Counted from the whole stretch's first letter, positions 38,500 to 52,338 are shown. The stretch: DNA of 63,535 nucleotides, filler included, from Phoronis australis (GCA_002633005.1; 6 parts of 6 records of this genome joined end to end with filler, not necessarily neighbours in it); one strand, 5' to 3'. Notes: generated from the letters alone by a model not told the origin. Translations and numbers: made by a program.

Positions 38500-39480
38500 G
38501 AATTGCTGATTAGTAAGCCATCAATCAACGCTAATATGCAGAATCACTAGAATGGCAAGGTAGCCCCTCAGAGTAGCCTGTCAGAGTAGTCCATCATTCC
38601 GTGTAAGCAGCACCCCTAGTAAGTTGTAAGTTGTAGAATTGCTGATTAGCTATTAATGTGCGATTGAAAGCCTTCAGTTGATGCTAATATACAGAATCAC
38701 TAGAATCACTAGGAAGCCCATCAGAGTAGCCATCGTCATTCCATGTAAGCGGCGTCCCTAGTGTTCTACAGTTGTAGAATCACTAATTAGCTGCTGTGAG
38801 ATTGAAAGCCTTCAATTGATGCTAATGTGCAGAATTGCTAGAATTGCAAGGTAACCCCTCAGAGTAGCTAGTCATTCCATGCAGGCCTTTATCCAGGATT
38901 TCGAAAATAGGGTGTCCAAAATGGGGTTCCCAATATTCCAGGGTGTCCATGATTCCAACACATAACCCGCCCCTCACCCCCAGCAATCTCCCCAAACACA
39001 CAGATTTTTTTACAAAAGAATTCATAGACCAAAGTTTTTACATCTACATTTACAAAACCGCCTTCTGTAATGAGCATTTTTTACTAAAAAAAACTGTGTG
39101 GACCAAGACTTTCACAGTGCTACTAACCAAGTGTGAGCATAGCAACATTGTATATACTTTGTATATACATTGTATATGTATTCCTGCTTTGAAAAAAGCC
39201 ACCACTGTGAGTCTTCATGGGCTTCCTAGTAATCATTACAATGTGTGTGTCCAAACTTGAAAGGTTCCTGTTGATAGTAGGCCTCCAAATGACACATTGG
39301 GTGTCCTTGCCAGGGCGTCCATATTAGTGCTAGGGCCTACGCTGCATAAAGGCCCGATTCCATGTAAGCAGTGCCCCTGGTGTTCTACAGGTGTAGAATC
39401 GCTGATTTGATGCTAACATGCAGAATCGCAAGGTAGCCCATCATTCCCTGTAAGCATTGCTGATTAGCTGCTAATGTGCG
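38500..39480. repeat. Degenerate tandem satellite (about 135-bp unit) interrupted by the hAT MITE
   Basis: Recurring GCTGATTAG..GATGCTAAT..CAGAATC..TCAGAGTAGC..TCATTCCATGTAAGC..CCCTAGT. Confidence 0.8.
38882..39356. mobile_element. hAT-type MITE, same family as 5612-6093
   Basis: Same TIR and internal sequence; perfect 8-bp TSD ATTCCATG (38874-38881 and 39357-39364). Confidence 0.9.
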
Positions 39481-40190
39481 TATGTAGTGTCGCTCAAACA
39501 CCAAAAGTTTGCACTGTTGTATATACAATAGGGAGAACTACCCCAACTCTGTGCATGAGCAGCTCATCTCGCGGTGTAATGCTCAGTGCTGCCTGCTATT
39601 TTCCTTTCAAATCTTATTGCTAATATCAGGACGAGATAACCAGGAATGGACAACTAGTATGCAGGTCTGTTTTTCTAGTGTTGTAGCAAATAGCCAGTAC
39701 TGTGTTGTGCTCAAGTACTCCTGCAAACAAATCTTTTTCTCCCGCAGTCCTTCATTCAGTTCCCCAAATCGGCAGTTGGCCATTTTTGCATTGTCCGCGT
39801 CCAGGAATATGACTTCATATCAACAGACGCGAGGAGCTTGAGTGACACATCAATTCCCTTGTTAAAGCTAGATCTCAGATCTGTATTAAACCTTTTTGGC
39901 CTTAGACCAAACCTGGTCAGTGCAGTTTGCTGAGGAAATCGTACTTCAAAATTATTTAAAACATGTTTGTATGGGTTTTATGGTTTAGCATGTTATGCTG
40001 AATTTTTAAAATTGTGTTTCCAGGTAGACCGAAACTCCTACCAGGCATGAATTACATTATATATTCTGAAGTATGAAGTGAATTTGCAATGTCTCATGAA
40101 ACATGTTCGTGGACAGGAATTTCTGCCATGTTATTTCCATTGGTTTTCATTCGTTCAGCTATACCTTTGGTATCTATTTCAGAGTCAACC

Positions 40191-40368
40191 ATGGGTTTGT
40201 GGTCGCAGTTCAAACAACTGATCCTACCTCACTTGCTGATTGGATACATATTTCTGGCTAGTGGTTTTATTGTCAACATTTTGATGCTTTGTACCTGCAT
40301 ACTGTGGCCATTTTCCAAGTCTACGTACAGAAAAATTACCCACTATCTGGCATATTCTCATTGGAGTC
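40191..40368 (+). CDS. 1-acyl-sn-glycerol-3-phosphate acyltransferase gamma/delta (AGPAT3/4 family), first coding exon
   Basis: TTTCAG acceptor at 40182, Kozak-like ACCATGG, peptide MGLWSQFK..HLLIGYIFLASGFIVN..LWPFSKSTYRKI..LAYSHWS, GTGAGT donor. The remainder is cut off by the spacer at 41042. Confidence 0.9.
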
Positions 40369-40441
40369 GTGAGTTGTCTTAATATCTTAACTATACTCGC
40401 TGAAATTTCATCTGTTTTAGACAAAAATGATTCTCAAAAGC

Positions 40442-41041
40442 ATTTTTATGCGCCCACATACTTATATATGTGGACGCATTATGCCATCATCTCCGTCCGT
40501 CGGGGCGGCGTCCGGCGTCCGCTGCTCTATCTCCAAAACCCTTTGACATACGTTCATAAAATTTGGCACATATGTTCCATTCATGAATGGGACAGCGTGT
40601 GCGAACTTTCGGACAGATCCGACTACCGGTGTGCCCCCTAGTGGCAATTTTAGTTTTTTACGCTTACCTTTGTATCTTCAAAAGTCCTGAACGGATTTTC
40701 ACGAAATTTGGTATGTAGGCACCTATTAGTGAGATGACACTATCCTCCCGTTTTCAGATGGATTCGACATAGTTTGCGCCACCTAGTGGCCATTTTTATT
40801 GTTTTCGAGTCTGTATTTTTGCGTCCACCCCTCTATCAACCAAACCGCTCAAAGGATGATTGTGAAAATTGGCATGTATGTGCTTACTATAAAGAAGACA
40901 GCTGACAATGATTTTCAGGCGATTTGGACTACTGTGGCGCCTCCTAGTGGCAGTTTTGTTTTTTTTTGCGCCTATGGCTATATCTCCTAAACCGTTCGCA
41001 GGATCTTTACGAAATTTAATTAGTGTATTTATATGATATTA
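40442..41041 (+). mobile_element. Second copy (5' part) of the same HINE-like family, in the AGPAT intron
   Basis: Begins TTTTTATGCGCCCACATACTTATATATGTGGACGCATTATGCC and closely matches the reverse complement of 22930-23500; truncated by the spacer. Confidence 0.8.
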
Positions 41042-41141
41042 NNNNNNNNNNNNNNNNNNNNNNNNNNNNNNNNNNNNNNNNNNNNTTAATTAATTAANNN
41101 NNNNNNNNNNNNNNNNNNNNNNNNNNNNNNNNNNNNNNNNN
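41042..41141. other. Artificial contig spacer
   Basis: N44-TTAATTAATTAA-N44. Confidence 0.97.
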
Positions 41142-41950
41142 TATTTTATAAGATTTGTCTCCAACAGTGAGCTTAATTGGAATCAGTTAGCAAGGTAAAA
41201 ATATCAAGTATATTGATCTCTACGAGTTTTCGCTCTAGGCTTCATATCCAACGATTTTGAACATGACATGCAGTGATCTTGCTATCATTTAAGATGAGTG
41301 TACAGGGTTTGAGTACCAGCTGAACACCGTGAGTCACATCAGAGAAGGGGACAGAGACTATTGCAGCCTTTGTTCTTTTTCTTTTTGGATATTAAGATCA
41401 TAGTTTGATACAAATGCTAAGATTCTGACTGCAGAGGGCATGATATTGAAACATGAGACTGAAGTGACTCAACATTTAAAATGTTGAAACTACGGAAAAG
41501 CATTGCAGAAGTGGAAACAGGTGTGACAATCAGTCACAGACTGAGCATGGGGTTCATGTTTTGAGCAAAGGGGTCAAATTTGAGAGTGGGGTTCAAACTT
41601 TCAGTGTGGTGCCTCACCACGCCCAAAAAGCCTGGAGAGAACACTGACGTTGTCCAGGGTAAACACAATTCACATACTTGCATTAAAATTATTAGACATT
41701 AGACATGCATGTAATCATCAATGCTACAAACTTGGAAATATCGGTTCCCAGGGATTTCAGTGGCCTTCTGATATCGTGACAAGATTTTTCATTGAATACA
41801 AAACAAAAATATCTTAAATTGTGTTCCTGTCATTTCTTGTCAAAAAGTTTTCATTTTTGCCAAATATAGTAGAACAAGTGATCCCACACAACAGCGCGAG
41901 TCTCCGCAACAACTGACACTTGAAATTATTCATTTATTCAGTTATGAAAA

Positions 41951-42261
41951 GTTATCTATCTGCACCCCGATTTCTGCTGAGTAGCTTAGCTTTCGCATCC
42001 ATCTTGGATCCTTCCTCTGGGCACTGATCAGGAACTTTTGATCATGTAACCTTCAAAGGTTGAACTCTGACGAGGATCATTGACAAGAATCATGTTGTCC
42101 TTGGACACATGGGATGAGGACTCAACCTGATCCTGGCCAGAGGTTAAACCCTTGGTGGTCACATGATCAAGAGTTCAATCTTAGTGCCCCAAAGAAGGAT
42201 CCAAGATGGATCTGAAAGCTAAGCTACTCAAGAGAAATCAGGGTGCAGATAGGTACGTAAC
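41951..42261. repeat. Imperfect palindrome (arms of about 125 bp) in the SLC6 intron
   Basis: CTATCTGCACCC..GAGTAGCTTAGCTTTC..ATCCATCTTGGATCCTTC is mirrored at 42190-42252. Confidence 0.85.
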
Positions 42262-42525
42262 AACCATAACTACTCGTCACACTACCACAGCCATTTATGA
42301 CACATTTGTGCACTGCTACAATCACTACTCATCTTACTACTAAAAATGAAATTTAAAAATCAGCGCAACAACGTAGTTTTTCATGCTTAACCTTTCGCTT
42401 TAATCGCTAAAGCATTATCGCTAAAGGATGCCTGTGTTTTTGTGACATTTCTTACAGAGAAAATACAATGCGGTACAAGTTGATCCAACTTCAGAGCCTG
42501 TGTTCAGACTGCTAGACATTCCTAC

Positions 42526-42886
42526 CTCCACCGTTGCTGTAACACAGGTAGGGGAACCTCCAGACATTCCCCAACCCCACCGCATAACCGAGACTGGACA
42601 ACATGTATTCCACACGGCTGCTCCACTCCATTCGTTTATACACCGAGTGCGTTCCATCATCGTCGTCATCATCCTCATTATCACGGCCATCCAGGCACAC
42701 GTTACGGTCGATGTCGTTTTCGTCTGACAGAGTGGTCGACGTGAACTGGCTTGCTATGCTACCTCGGAAGGACTTGCCGTCGCTGTCTTGAGCGTAGGTC
42801 ACGTGACTGGAAGACTGGGCAGGGCTAAGCTGTGGCTGTTGCAGTTGTGCACTTGAGTCTGTGGCTGGCAGGTCGCTAAAGCTCAC
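42526..42886 (-). CDS. SLC6 sodium:neurotransmitter symporter exon (N-terminal tail and TM1)
   Basis: AG/GT bounded, 361 bp; signature [36 protein letters not shown] with a phase-1 intron in the GGG motif. Confidence 0.95.
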
Positions 42887-45449
42887 CTGAAAAAAGTAGG
42901 TGTGAATATTATTAGAGGCTTTATACTGATCTTACGGGGAAATGGACTGTCTTGTTCATCAAATCACAGAAAAATACTACAATACTAAAATTTGTAAATA
43001 AAATAAATTTTTAAATAAAATGAAAATAAATGAACAAAAAAATAAAAATAAACTTGTGAAAAGGAAGATGTAACAAAGGAAATCTCCAGTGAACACCAAA
43101 ATGTGTATTTCACCTAGTAAACACAAACACTTCAGTTCATTTGCAGATGACACGTTCATTCCATATTGGTCAAAGAAGGAAACACACCCTTCTCCGAAGC
43201 CTGTCACTAGCGAAGTGCCCAACATATGCAGTCATGCCTGCATGGCCCACGTAAGAAAGTCTATACAGTGCACTGAGATGCAACAAAGACATTAGCATTA
43301 ATGAGAAATAGCAATTAAATAAGTACAACAATAAATGAAGTACAGTTACTTTAGTAACAAAAAACATGAAAGTTTTAAAAACGCATTTCGACTGTGTTCT
43401 AAATCAGAAGTAATAAATCAGAAGTAATAAAAGAAGATAACTGATGATTTCACAAAACTGTAGGATTAAATTAAATATGAGATACGAAACACTGGAAATA
43501 ATAAATAAAACATTATAAAATTAAGAATTTGAATGTACAGGGCTCGATTTGGCAGATTTTGTTTGGCCACCTCATGAGAACCCCAGGTTGTCACAATGTC
43601 GCAACGCCAAATCCGAGAATGGGTTCAAAATACTACCGGAAGCAAACAGGTAGAGGTCAGAATCATTCAACAAAAAACGAAGCATTTTTTCACTTAGATG
43701 TCTTAGTTGTTGCCAACAAGGTTTGGCGACCTCAGTTCCTGCTTGGCGACCTGGTAATTTTGCCAGGTCGCATTTCACGAGTTGACATTACGTTAGGTTC
43801 AAAGCCTTGGTGTAATGCAACTTAACAATTTGACATAATCCTACTGCAGAAGTTCATCAAGTAAAATTTATTTTGACGAAATTTCTAAACAAAAATAAAT
43901 GAGAAACAAAAACAAATAGGATTTCTTTACCTTTAAAGTAAAACTGCGCTAACCTTCAGAATACCTAAAAACGCAACTTCAACAATTTAAAAAATAAAAC
44001 AAATTTGAGACCATTTTAAAGACGCCACAAGCTCCACTGCGGATACAATACAAACACGGAAAACCAGAAGTGTTAAAGCAAAAGACAATGCTACCTTTGA
44101 AAACCATAGTTTACAATCGTGTTCGAGGTGGACCCATTTTTAGGGGTTTCTTTTGGATGTAACGTGCCCACATTTTGAGAAACAGCTGATGTCCGTTATT
44201 CAATGGAGAAAACCGGTTCTCAAAATGCAGGCACGTTATATCTGACCTTCTTAATAAAGCGAGTTGGCATTCCTAATAAAACATGATGAAAGTATAGACT
44301 GAATTGTGTTTTGACATTGCTTCAATAAGATTCCCGACATTACACTTAATCTCAAATTCCAGTTTGTAGATTGTGAGGGTCTTTTACACCCCTTATTTCA
44401 GAACATGAACCTAAACACTCCGAGAAACACAAAATCAAAACAAAATCAATACCAGTTGAAACACGCATTTGGTGCAATACGAGTGACACCAGTTAGGAGC
44501 TCATTTTCTGAGTTTTAGGACATTATTTATTTACATCCACACATTAGACAATTCTTTACATTAACCGAAGTCCATATGTTAGTTTTCAGACCTCAGATTT
44601 TTGGAATCTGAAAATCAACCCGTGAATCGGGTTTAAGTCTCAATGAAGTAATAACAATTTCAAGAAAAAAATGCTAAAGAAATTCGAAAAGGCGTTACCC
44701 ACTGTAGCGATTGCTGTCGTGATTTATTGTCTGCGAAATACTGGAAAACCCATCCAACTCGGAAAATTTCTTGTTTTTCGCTCATATTCTTCAGTATAAA
44801 TGCCTTGCTTTAACAGTCAAGTATCAAAATAATCAACTTTATGAACAAAAAATGTTGCCATTCAAGAGCCTCATAGTCTTCATTCATAAAGTTAACGGTG
44901 AACTCGTTTTCTTCCAAGTGCTCTCAAGCATTGAGTATTTGCGCACTGATTCACATACGGGTATTAGTGAACATACAATCGTCAACATTTCATGTAAAAC
45001 TTGCATTTAGCACCTCATTACCCTATTCTTAGACTACATCCAGTTTCTTGACCCAGGCACCCCTTAAAGATGGCCGGTCCTGTACACGCTCGCACCTACT
45101 TTCTCCACAAAGTGGAAAAATTAAGTTTTGGTACTAATAGAAAGGATTTAGAATTTCCAAATCTTAGTGAAATGCACGAGACATTTCAACCACTACCACT
45201 TTATCACGAGGTTTATAGCTATTTAAACTGAGCCACTTTCCTCTGATCAATGGATCAAGGATTACCATTCACATGCTGTACACGTCATTCACACACGTAC
45301 AGCACGCACACGGTTTGCCAGCAATTTTTAGTGATTCGGATCATTAGTAATGTCTTGTAGATAAATGCAAAATCAGATTCATTAGTAAGTAGAGAAAAGG
45401 GTTGACACTAAACTGGTTTAAATCAAGCTATTTAAAATTCATCTACCGC

Positions 45450-45588
45450 TTCTCACACACGAAATATTTTATGCAGACTCTGTTTAATGTAGTAAATGGC
45501 AAAGCCTCCACGAAGACGCCTCACACACAAAATATTTTATGCAAACTCTGTTTAATGTAGTAAACGGCAAAGCCTCCACGAAGACGCA
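45450..45588. repeat. Tandem duplication, two copies of about 69 bp
   Basis: CTCACACAC.AAATATTTTATGCA.ACTCTGTTTAATGTAGTAAA.GGCAAAGCCTCCACGAAGACGC occurs twice. Confidence 0.9.
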
Positions 45589-46324
45589 ATATTTTAAGGC
45601 TATAGATTTTGAAAAAGACCAAGAACTGGATTGTAAATGAAATCCAGAGAACAGATTCTGAAAGCAATATCTCACTAGAAGGCAAATGAACAATGAGTGA
45701 CTACAGACTTATGTAAATTCCAGTCAACAGACTTATATAATTTCCAGTCAAGTTAATCAATGTGCAAAATTAGAGAAAAGATAAATTCTCAGTCCTAGTT
45801 TTTCTGAAATTTAATCATTTTTTCATCTGGTAAAATATCACCAATTTCGAATGAAAATAATAATTATATTATCATTTTTCATTTTTCAAGGGGTTCTTTG
45901 CCTTTCATATTATCAGACTCACAGCCAAGGATCACAACTTAAAAATGGTGAAGCATTAATTTGTTGCTACTTGACCGTCTACAATTTAAAAATCAGATTA
46001 TTTAAAAAAATCAAGAAAATAGAATTTCACATGTCCATCATATTGTCGTAAATACCGATAAGTGAACTTTGACCCCAACATGGTGTGTATTGTACATACC
46101 TCCCAGTAAACAACAGCACCAATGTGGTTATGAAAATGGCAAGTATTTTTTTCTGAAATTCAACAACCTTTTTCGTAACATTTTTTAATTTCACATCCAA
46201 CACTTTAAAACAACTAAGCTGCGAGAAAGGCAAACAACACATTTCAGGGATAATTGTAACAGAGTTCTATCAGTACAATAACCGGAAATAATCAGTATCG
46301 CTGTGAATGAAACAGCAATACTTG

Positions 46325-46424
46325 NNNNNNNNNNNNNNNNNNNNNNNNNNNNNNNNNNNNNNNNNNNNTTAATTAATTAANNNNNNNNNNNNNNNNNNNN
46401 NNNNNNNNNNNNNNNNNNNNNNNN
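46325..46424. other. Artificial contig spacer
   Basis: N44-TTAATTAATTAA-N44. Confidence 0.97.
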
Positions 46425-49099
46425 GCGGCGTTCAGGACAAGTTCCTGAACTGATGAGCCGGAAATGTGGGTACGGAAATAACCGATGACAACCGGTAATC
46501 ATACGCTCAGAGAGAAAGGTCAAATACTGTTAAAAAATCGCTTTTGGCAAGAAAGGCGAAAAGAATATAAAGAAAGGGTGTCGAAAATAAGGATTTATGT
46601 AGTAAGTATTTTCGGATAATGGAACCACATGGGCAGTTTGCAAGAAGGACTTTAATTGCATTCAAAAGGACGGAGTGTCCGGTTCGGTACAGGTAGCTGT
46701 CTCCGTCTGATTTTGGGAAATAACGTTGTTTTGCGCTTAATACAGAAGGTTCAGATTACAATTTCTAAATGTTTCGTGAAAATACAATGTGCTTGTTTCA
46801 ATGCAGATAAGTGTTTTCGTTTCGTCTAATATTTTATTCGTGAGTGTCCGGAAAAGGGTACTGGGCTTATAAGAAAAAATGATGGAAGCCACTCCTGTTT
46901 CAAGACTGCCTTTCAGTCATGCAGTGTTGAGACACCTTCCAGTCATCGGGACAGGAATTTTGAAAGAACACAAACTTCTGCAATATACATGTATGGATAT
47001 GAGCATCACTGAATGACAACTAATGAGTGGAGCCATGATTGTTTCTACAATTTATAGCTATGATAGTTTTACAACAAACATATACATGCCACTACATTTT
47101 CTGAAAGGGTAACTTTCTTACAAATGTCTTATGCTCACAGTGATAATTGACCTGTATTAAATTTAACATTTACTAATAACGGAAAAGCAACAAGAATTGA
47201 AAAAACGCAAAAAGACAGTTGTGTACATATAGAAGGGATCGCAAAATGCGCCCATGAGTGAAGCGCAGGCTCATGCACTTATAGGCTAAACATTTGAGCA
47301 AAAAATCTTTGGAAAAACGCGTTATTTCGATTGAAGGCGCACCTCTAGGACATAGAGATACTCAAAGATTCACAGTTCAGTGCGAGGTTACGTTGGTTTG
47401 TGACCAATCGAACAACATGATGCTAAAGAAAACGGTTACTTTTCCGAACAATCTCGAATTAAACATTTTCCGTTTCGAGTTGGACTACTCGCTAAAGGTC
47501 GTTACCGTTGTCGTCCGCAACCAGCAGCGATATCCTAGCTGGGCCACTTGGTAGCCAAGTCGGACAGTACTCTTTATTTTAAATTCACCAACTTGGAACA
47601 AAGCTTTGTCGGTTGAAAGATATCCTTAAAATATTAACATTTTTGTAACTTTCAGTCCTATTTGTGTTTGCCTTGTTTCACTATTATTTTTTTAAAGTTT
47701 TGTTGATTTGAAGTGTCCGCGGAAAACTAATTATGTGTCATGGCTGCAGTTCAGTGAGTGCACATTATGCACGAGTCAGCTGTCGCTCACTGCGGTAGCC
47801 TGGGTGCTACACCACCAACTAAATATTTCATATTAATTTCACTTAAGTTTAAAACTATTTGAAATTGCTGAATGAGCACAATTTGGGCTTAAATTTCGAC
47901 TGACGTAACTTATGTTAAAATCTGTTTTAGGAAGTTTGTGAACTAATTAGAAGCGGAAATAGTATCGTTATCCTTAACTTGCGAAAACGAAAGTCGAATT
48001 GGGCCATTTACTCTTATAAAATCGGTCTCGTTCTAATTCTTAATGAGATTCTTTGTGTACATCCAAACCATCAGCCTCTGTAGAAAAGGCTTCATTTCAC
48101 TTACTGGGGTTGGCCAACCCGGAATTGCAAATTCGAAAATGGCGCTTCTACGCATTGCCTGTAACTTGAGTTGAATCAATTCGATATCGGATGTAGGCCT
48201 ACCTGGCAACGCAAAAATAGATACAATGTACGAGGCTTAAATGTCTCATTCCTATACTTATTAAAATGCAATTCATCTTTGTCACTAGAGCTAGACGTGT
48301 TCAATCTCGATGAGAACTCTAAAACCTGACCCGTATTTACAATGCGAACGGAATTCCTCAAGTTGCAATTCAGGTCGGACACCTCTTTCCGGGTTTGGGA
48401 ACCGCTCCCCGTATGGATAATGGAGACCAAAACGGATCTATGATGTCTCTTGGGTGAGAGTCCAGTCACTGTACACTGTTGGCTTTTTCCACTCAAGACC
48501 ATAGGCGTCTCAGGACTTGGCCCCTTTCAGCCGCGACAAAAACAATTCTAGGGTTGCGCGAAGCGTTTTTGGAGAATTGCGGTTGGCACACCACGTGCAA
48601 AATCCTTGATCACACACTGGGTACTTCAGGTTGACAAAATTATCTAAGGAATTTGATGTTTGGGAGAAGAATAAGATCGATCTTGCGTGATTTCAACTTG
48701 CACCAAAATACATTCACACGTAAATTTCTTACAGTATTTCAATGGCAAAATCATTTATGAAAAACGACTGTTAGTCCAGTTTCTTTGGTGCCTATTAAAT
48801 ATGTTTATCGTAATCTATCAAAATAATGACGATAAATGCATTTAACAATTTAAATTTAATAAACCAGGAAGTAATCCCTTGACATCCTGACTTATCTCGC
48901 GTGACATTTATATACATGTTGAGGTGCTGGATTTTCTTTAAATCTTTACATTTCAGTGACAAAACTTTCGGTGATTCTAGTTGCAGTCTAACGCTCTGTT
49001 GGCAGTGCTAAGCGCCACTCGATGAATATCAGCATCACGATTATAACTGGTAATTTTTGGGACTTCGAACAAATTTAATTCGCTTTTAACATATTACAG

Positions 49100-49213
49100 A
49101 TCGGAAATTCTTAACAAACTGGAAGACATTATTGTGAATGTGTGTGGAAGTCTGGCTGCTGGTGTTGCGCCTTGCCTGACCTATGTCAACAGGAATACAT
49201 GGAGTAACACAGA
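49100..49213 (+). CDS. SPO11: SPO11 exon (SEILNKLEDIIVNVCGSLAAGVAPCLTYVNRNTWSNT), equivalent to vertebrate exon 2
   Basis: CAG/GT bounded, 114 bp, phase 2-2, in frame with the following exons; resembles the N-terminal SPO11-beta segment. Confidence 0.82.
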
Positions 49214-49929
49214 GTACGTAATACAACCAGTGGGGCGGCTACACACTGAGGTCGCGTTCCCTAGACACAGACACTAGCGACAAGAAGCTTTCACAAGTGG
49301 AAGATAAAGAGCGATGGATTTTATTTGAATAATTAGACATTCCAATCTCATGGCCCTATCATTTATGGTCGCCATTTTATTGACTTCGCACGTAACGCTC
49401 CCGAGCTTTTCATTCGCGTGATTTTGCAATGGTCTTGTGAAATCTTGCTCTTTGGCTAGATTCGTGCGTCTACGGAACGCTGCCCGATACTCAAGTTAAG
49501 TACCGGTCCATGTTGATAGTTTCTCCCGAAATAGCGGTAAAATATCGATAGCAAAAGTAACGGTACCTGAAGCATGGTAAAAAAATGCGTCTACAAAACT
49601 TTTCGTAAGTGATATTCCGCTTCAATATGTTGTGCGTTTTTGTAAGAACACTGTCATATCCAGCTGTACATCGGCAGAAGGTACCACGCTTTTAAGAAGT
49701 CTCCGTCTTAGGTTGCCATGTTAGACAATTCAAATTGTTCTTTGTAAACAGAATGCTGCCCAATTGTTCCAGCGTTGTTTAGCACCTGGTAGGAAATGAA
49801 TGACGTAGTTCTTTCCTGGTATGTAGCTAGAAATTAGTCGTGTCGGTGTACATCTAACTGAATGAAGTACTAGGTAATGTAACTTCTGAACAGATGTGGA
49901 CTCATTTTCTGTCTCCTGATCTCGTACAG

Positions 49930-50018
49930 GTGGGATGCGTCAACAGGAGTTGGCCTTGCTGCAAATCCAACCAAAACAACTCTTCGATTTGATTCTGCAT
50001 CTTCAAGTAAAAAGTTTG
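49930..50018 (+). CDS. SPO11: SPO11 exon (WDASTGVGLAANPTKTTLRFDSASSSKKF)
   Basis: CAG/GTATG bounded, 89 bp, phase 2-1, joins both neighbours in frame. Confidence 0.85.
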
Positions 50019-51276
50019 GTATGTCTTTCTTTAGTCAACTGATATAGTAACGTCTACTTCAAGCAAATAAAATTAACTTTGAAATAGCCTGTTGACTGGA
50101 AACTATTTTAGAAAAAGTGACTTAAAAGAAATGGCTGGAGCTCACAATTTATTTTATTCTGGGGCTTTCCATTTTGGATTTTCTTTAAACACGGTATAGT
50201 TTGCTGACACAAGCACGTGTATGTCTATGTGTATAATAAACTCATACTCGAAAAAGTAACGCTTGCAACAAGTAATTATGTATCACGTGGAAGGAGAACT
50301 AAAAAACCGAGCATTTCAAATGTATTTTGATGACAAACATTATCATGGTATGCGTTTTGTCCTAAGACCTTTCAGTTTTAATTAATTAAATGAGCGATAA
50401 ATGAAAGCAGTTCAAAACTGAAAGTGACAAAATGGCGGCAGCTATGTCAAGGAGAAAAAAATTAAAAGTCATCAGCGGCGTCAGTCAAGGGCCTACCTAT
50501 GTCATCTCCACACAATGTTGACAAGAGCCCTGATTCTCTGCGGGGGGACGACAACCTACTCTTGATCAAGCAGCTGGTGCAAGTCTTATCCCAGTGTGGT
50601 GTGGGCGGTCGATCTCAGGACGCATTCTTTGTCTAAGTTGGTCCCAAAGCTGCGGCTCTATTGGGTTCAGGTGTGGATTTGTCGCCAGCCTTTCAAGACG
50701 CCTCATGCATACCTAGGTATCGCAGATGCATCAGGATTGCCCTTGCGCGGTCACAACGGCCAGAACCCCAGGCATATAGTATAGCAGCTGTGCCCAATAC
50801 GTGAGTGCGGTATTGCTGGACATTCAAGTTTTCTCGGAGGTGAAGAAGACGCTTTTTCCCGTTGACTGAAATGCTGTCCAATACCCTGATGACGCTGCCT
50901 CCATTCAAGGGTGTCACTCGAGATATGCAACCATTGGCCTCGCTCGTACATGTTTTTCGCTGTGTAATTCATTCATCTGAATTTAACAAGAGGTCACATT
51001 TTATCATTTTCGTATGTGAACCACGTTCGTGTAAACGCAATTTCTGAAATTACAAAAGAGAATATTTGCAATGAAATTGGCATTTACGTGTTCTCTTGAT
51101 TCATAAACTATATTAGCATTTTTGAGACATTTTTGAAATTAGTCGTATCTGTCAAATTTATGTTAAAAAAGAGATGCCAGCGTTACTTTTTAAGTAGTTT
51201 TGTAAGTAAAGATACCAGGTTGTGAAAATGATGTGAAAAACTTTGCTGAAAAGGATCGTCAGATTTGAAATATATG

Positions 51277-51752
51277 TAGGTAAATAAAACAACAAGAATC
51301 GATCAACTGAAATTTTCGGATATAATAACATCCTTTGTCAACAGAAACAGAAATAAATTAGAATCAAACACTATAAAATTCAAGGCTATAATTTCAAGAA
51401 GTTTTTATGTTTAATCCATTAGGTTCAAGTGTACTGAGCTTATCTATCCAAAATTGTTCTATACACATGGATTAAACATAAAAACTTCTTAAATTATATC
51501 CTTGAATTTTTTCCGCAACAATGTATCATATTCATTACGCCACATCTTAAATGTCAATTGTCATATAGTGTTTGATTTTACTTTGTTTCTGTTTCTGTTT
51601 CTGTTGACGAAGGATGTTATTATATCCGGAAATTTCAGTTGATTCATTCTTGTTGTTTTATTTACCTATATTTATTCTACATTTCGTGAAATAATAGTAT
51701 CCTTGACAGGATCTGGATTGCCTTATTTAGTTTCAGATTTATTTTCTACGTC
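51277..51752. repeat. Second copy of the AT-rich foldback element, in a SPO11 intron
   Basis: Palindromic arms around a loop near 51420-51465; 51690-51752 matches the reverse complement of about 14780-14845. Confidence 0.85.
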
Positions 51753-52271
51753 AAATTTGAATAATAGTGATCGCCAAAAGGAGGAATTTTCCATTTTTCA
51801 AATGTTCAATTACATTATTAGAATAGAATTTTACCATCTGTGCTAACTATAACATAATTTTGTTGAGACGCTTGACATAACTAAAGATATTTTCAGATTA
51901 TTGAAAATAATTACATCCTTAAATTTTGTAAGCAAAAAAGATTCGGTTTTCGCTACTTTAAGAGAAAGTTCACAAAATATCTCTGGGAACTATTATTATT
52001 TTCTTGAAAAGTCTGACCATCTTAGAGAATTTAGGCACGTAAGAAACATAATTATTTTTATCTATTTGAAAATCGAGGCCATTATTTTAATGTTGTAAAT
52101 TCTGTTTATAAACCAAATAACAAAACCCTGCCTTCACGACTCAAATTAGGAATGGCGTTTGATACACAAAAAACTTCAGCACATGTTGAACACAACATTT
52201 GAACACTGTAGTTCATTTTTTGTCTTTAGGTGCCATGGTAGGTTTTATTGACTAAAACAAATAAATTACAG

Positions 52272-52338
52272 CTAAAACCATGAAAGTGATTGAACTCGTC
52301 TACAGATTAGTGCAGACCGACACCTATTGTACAAAACG
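52272..52338 (+). CDS. SPO11: SPO11 exon (KTMKVIELVYRLVQTDTYCTK)
   Basis: CAG/GTAAGT bounded, 67 bp; forms TKRDIYY with the next exon. Confidence 0.92.

Noticed and set aside
44699-44785. Candidate upstream SLC6 first coding exon on the minus strand (MSEKQEIFRVGW...)
   Set aside because: The phase fits but there is no homology support, so it could be chance
46619-46692. Candidate SPO11 first exon (ATG to a phase-2 GT); a second candidate lies at about 48413-48453
   Set aside because: Both are phase-compatible but neither shows recognisable homology; cannot be chosen without transcripts
50480-50920. GC-richer block weakly resembling a decayed RTE-type LINE on the minus strand
   Set aside because: Multiple stops and frameshifts; similarity too weak to call by eye
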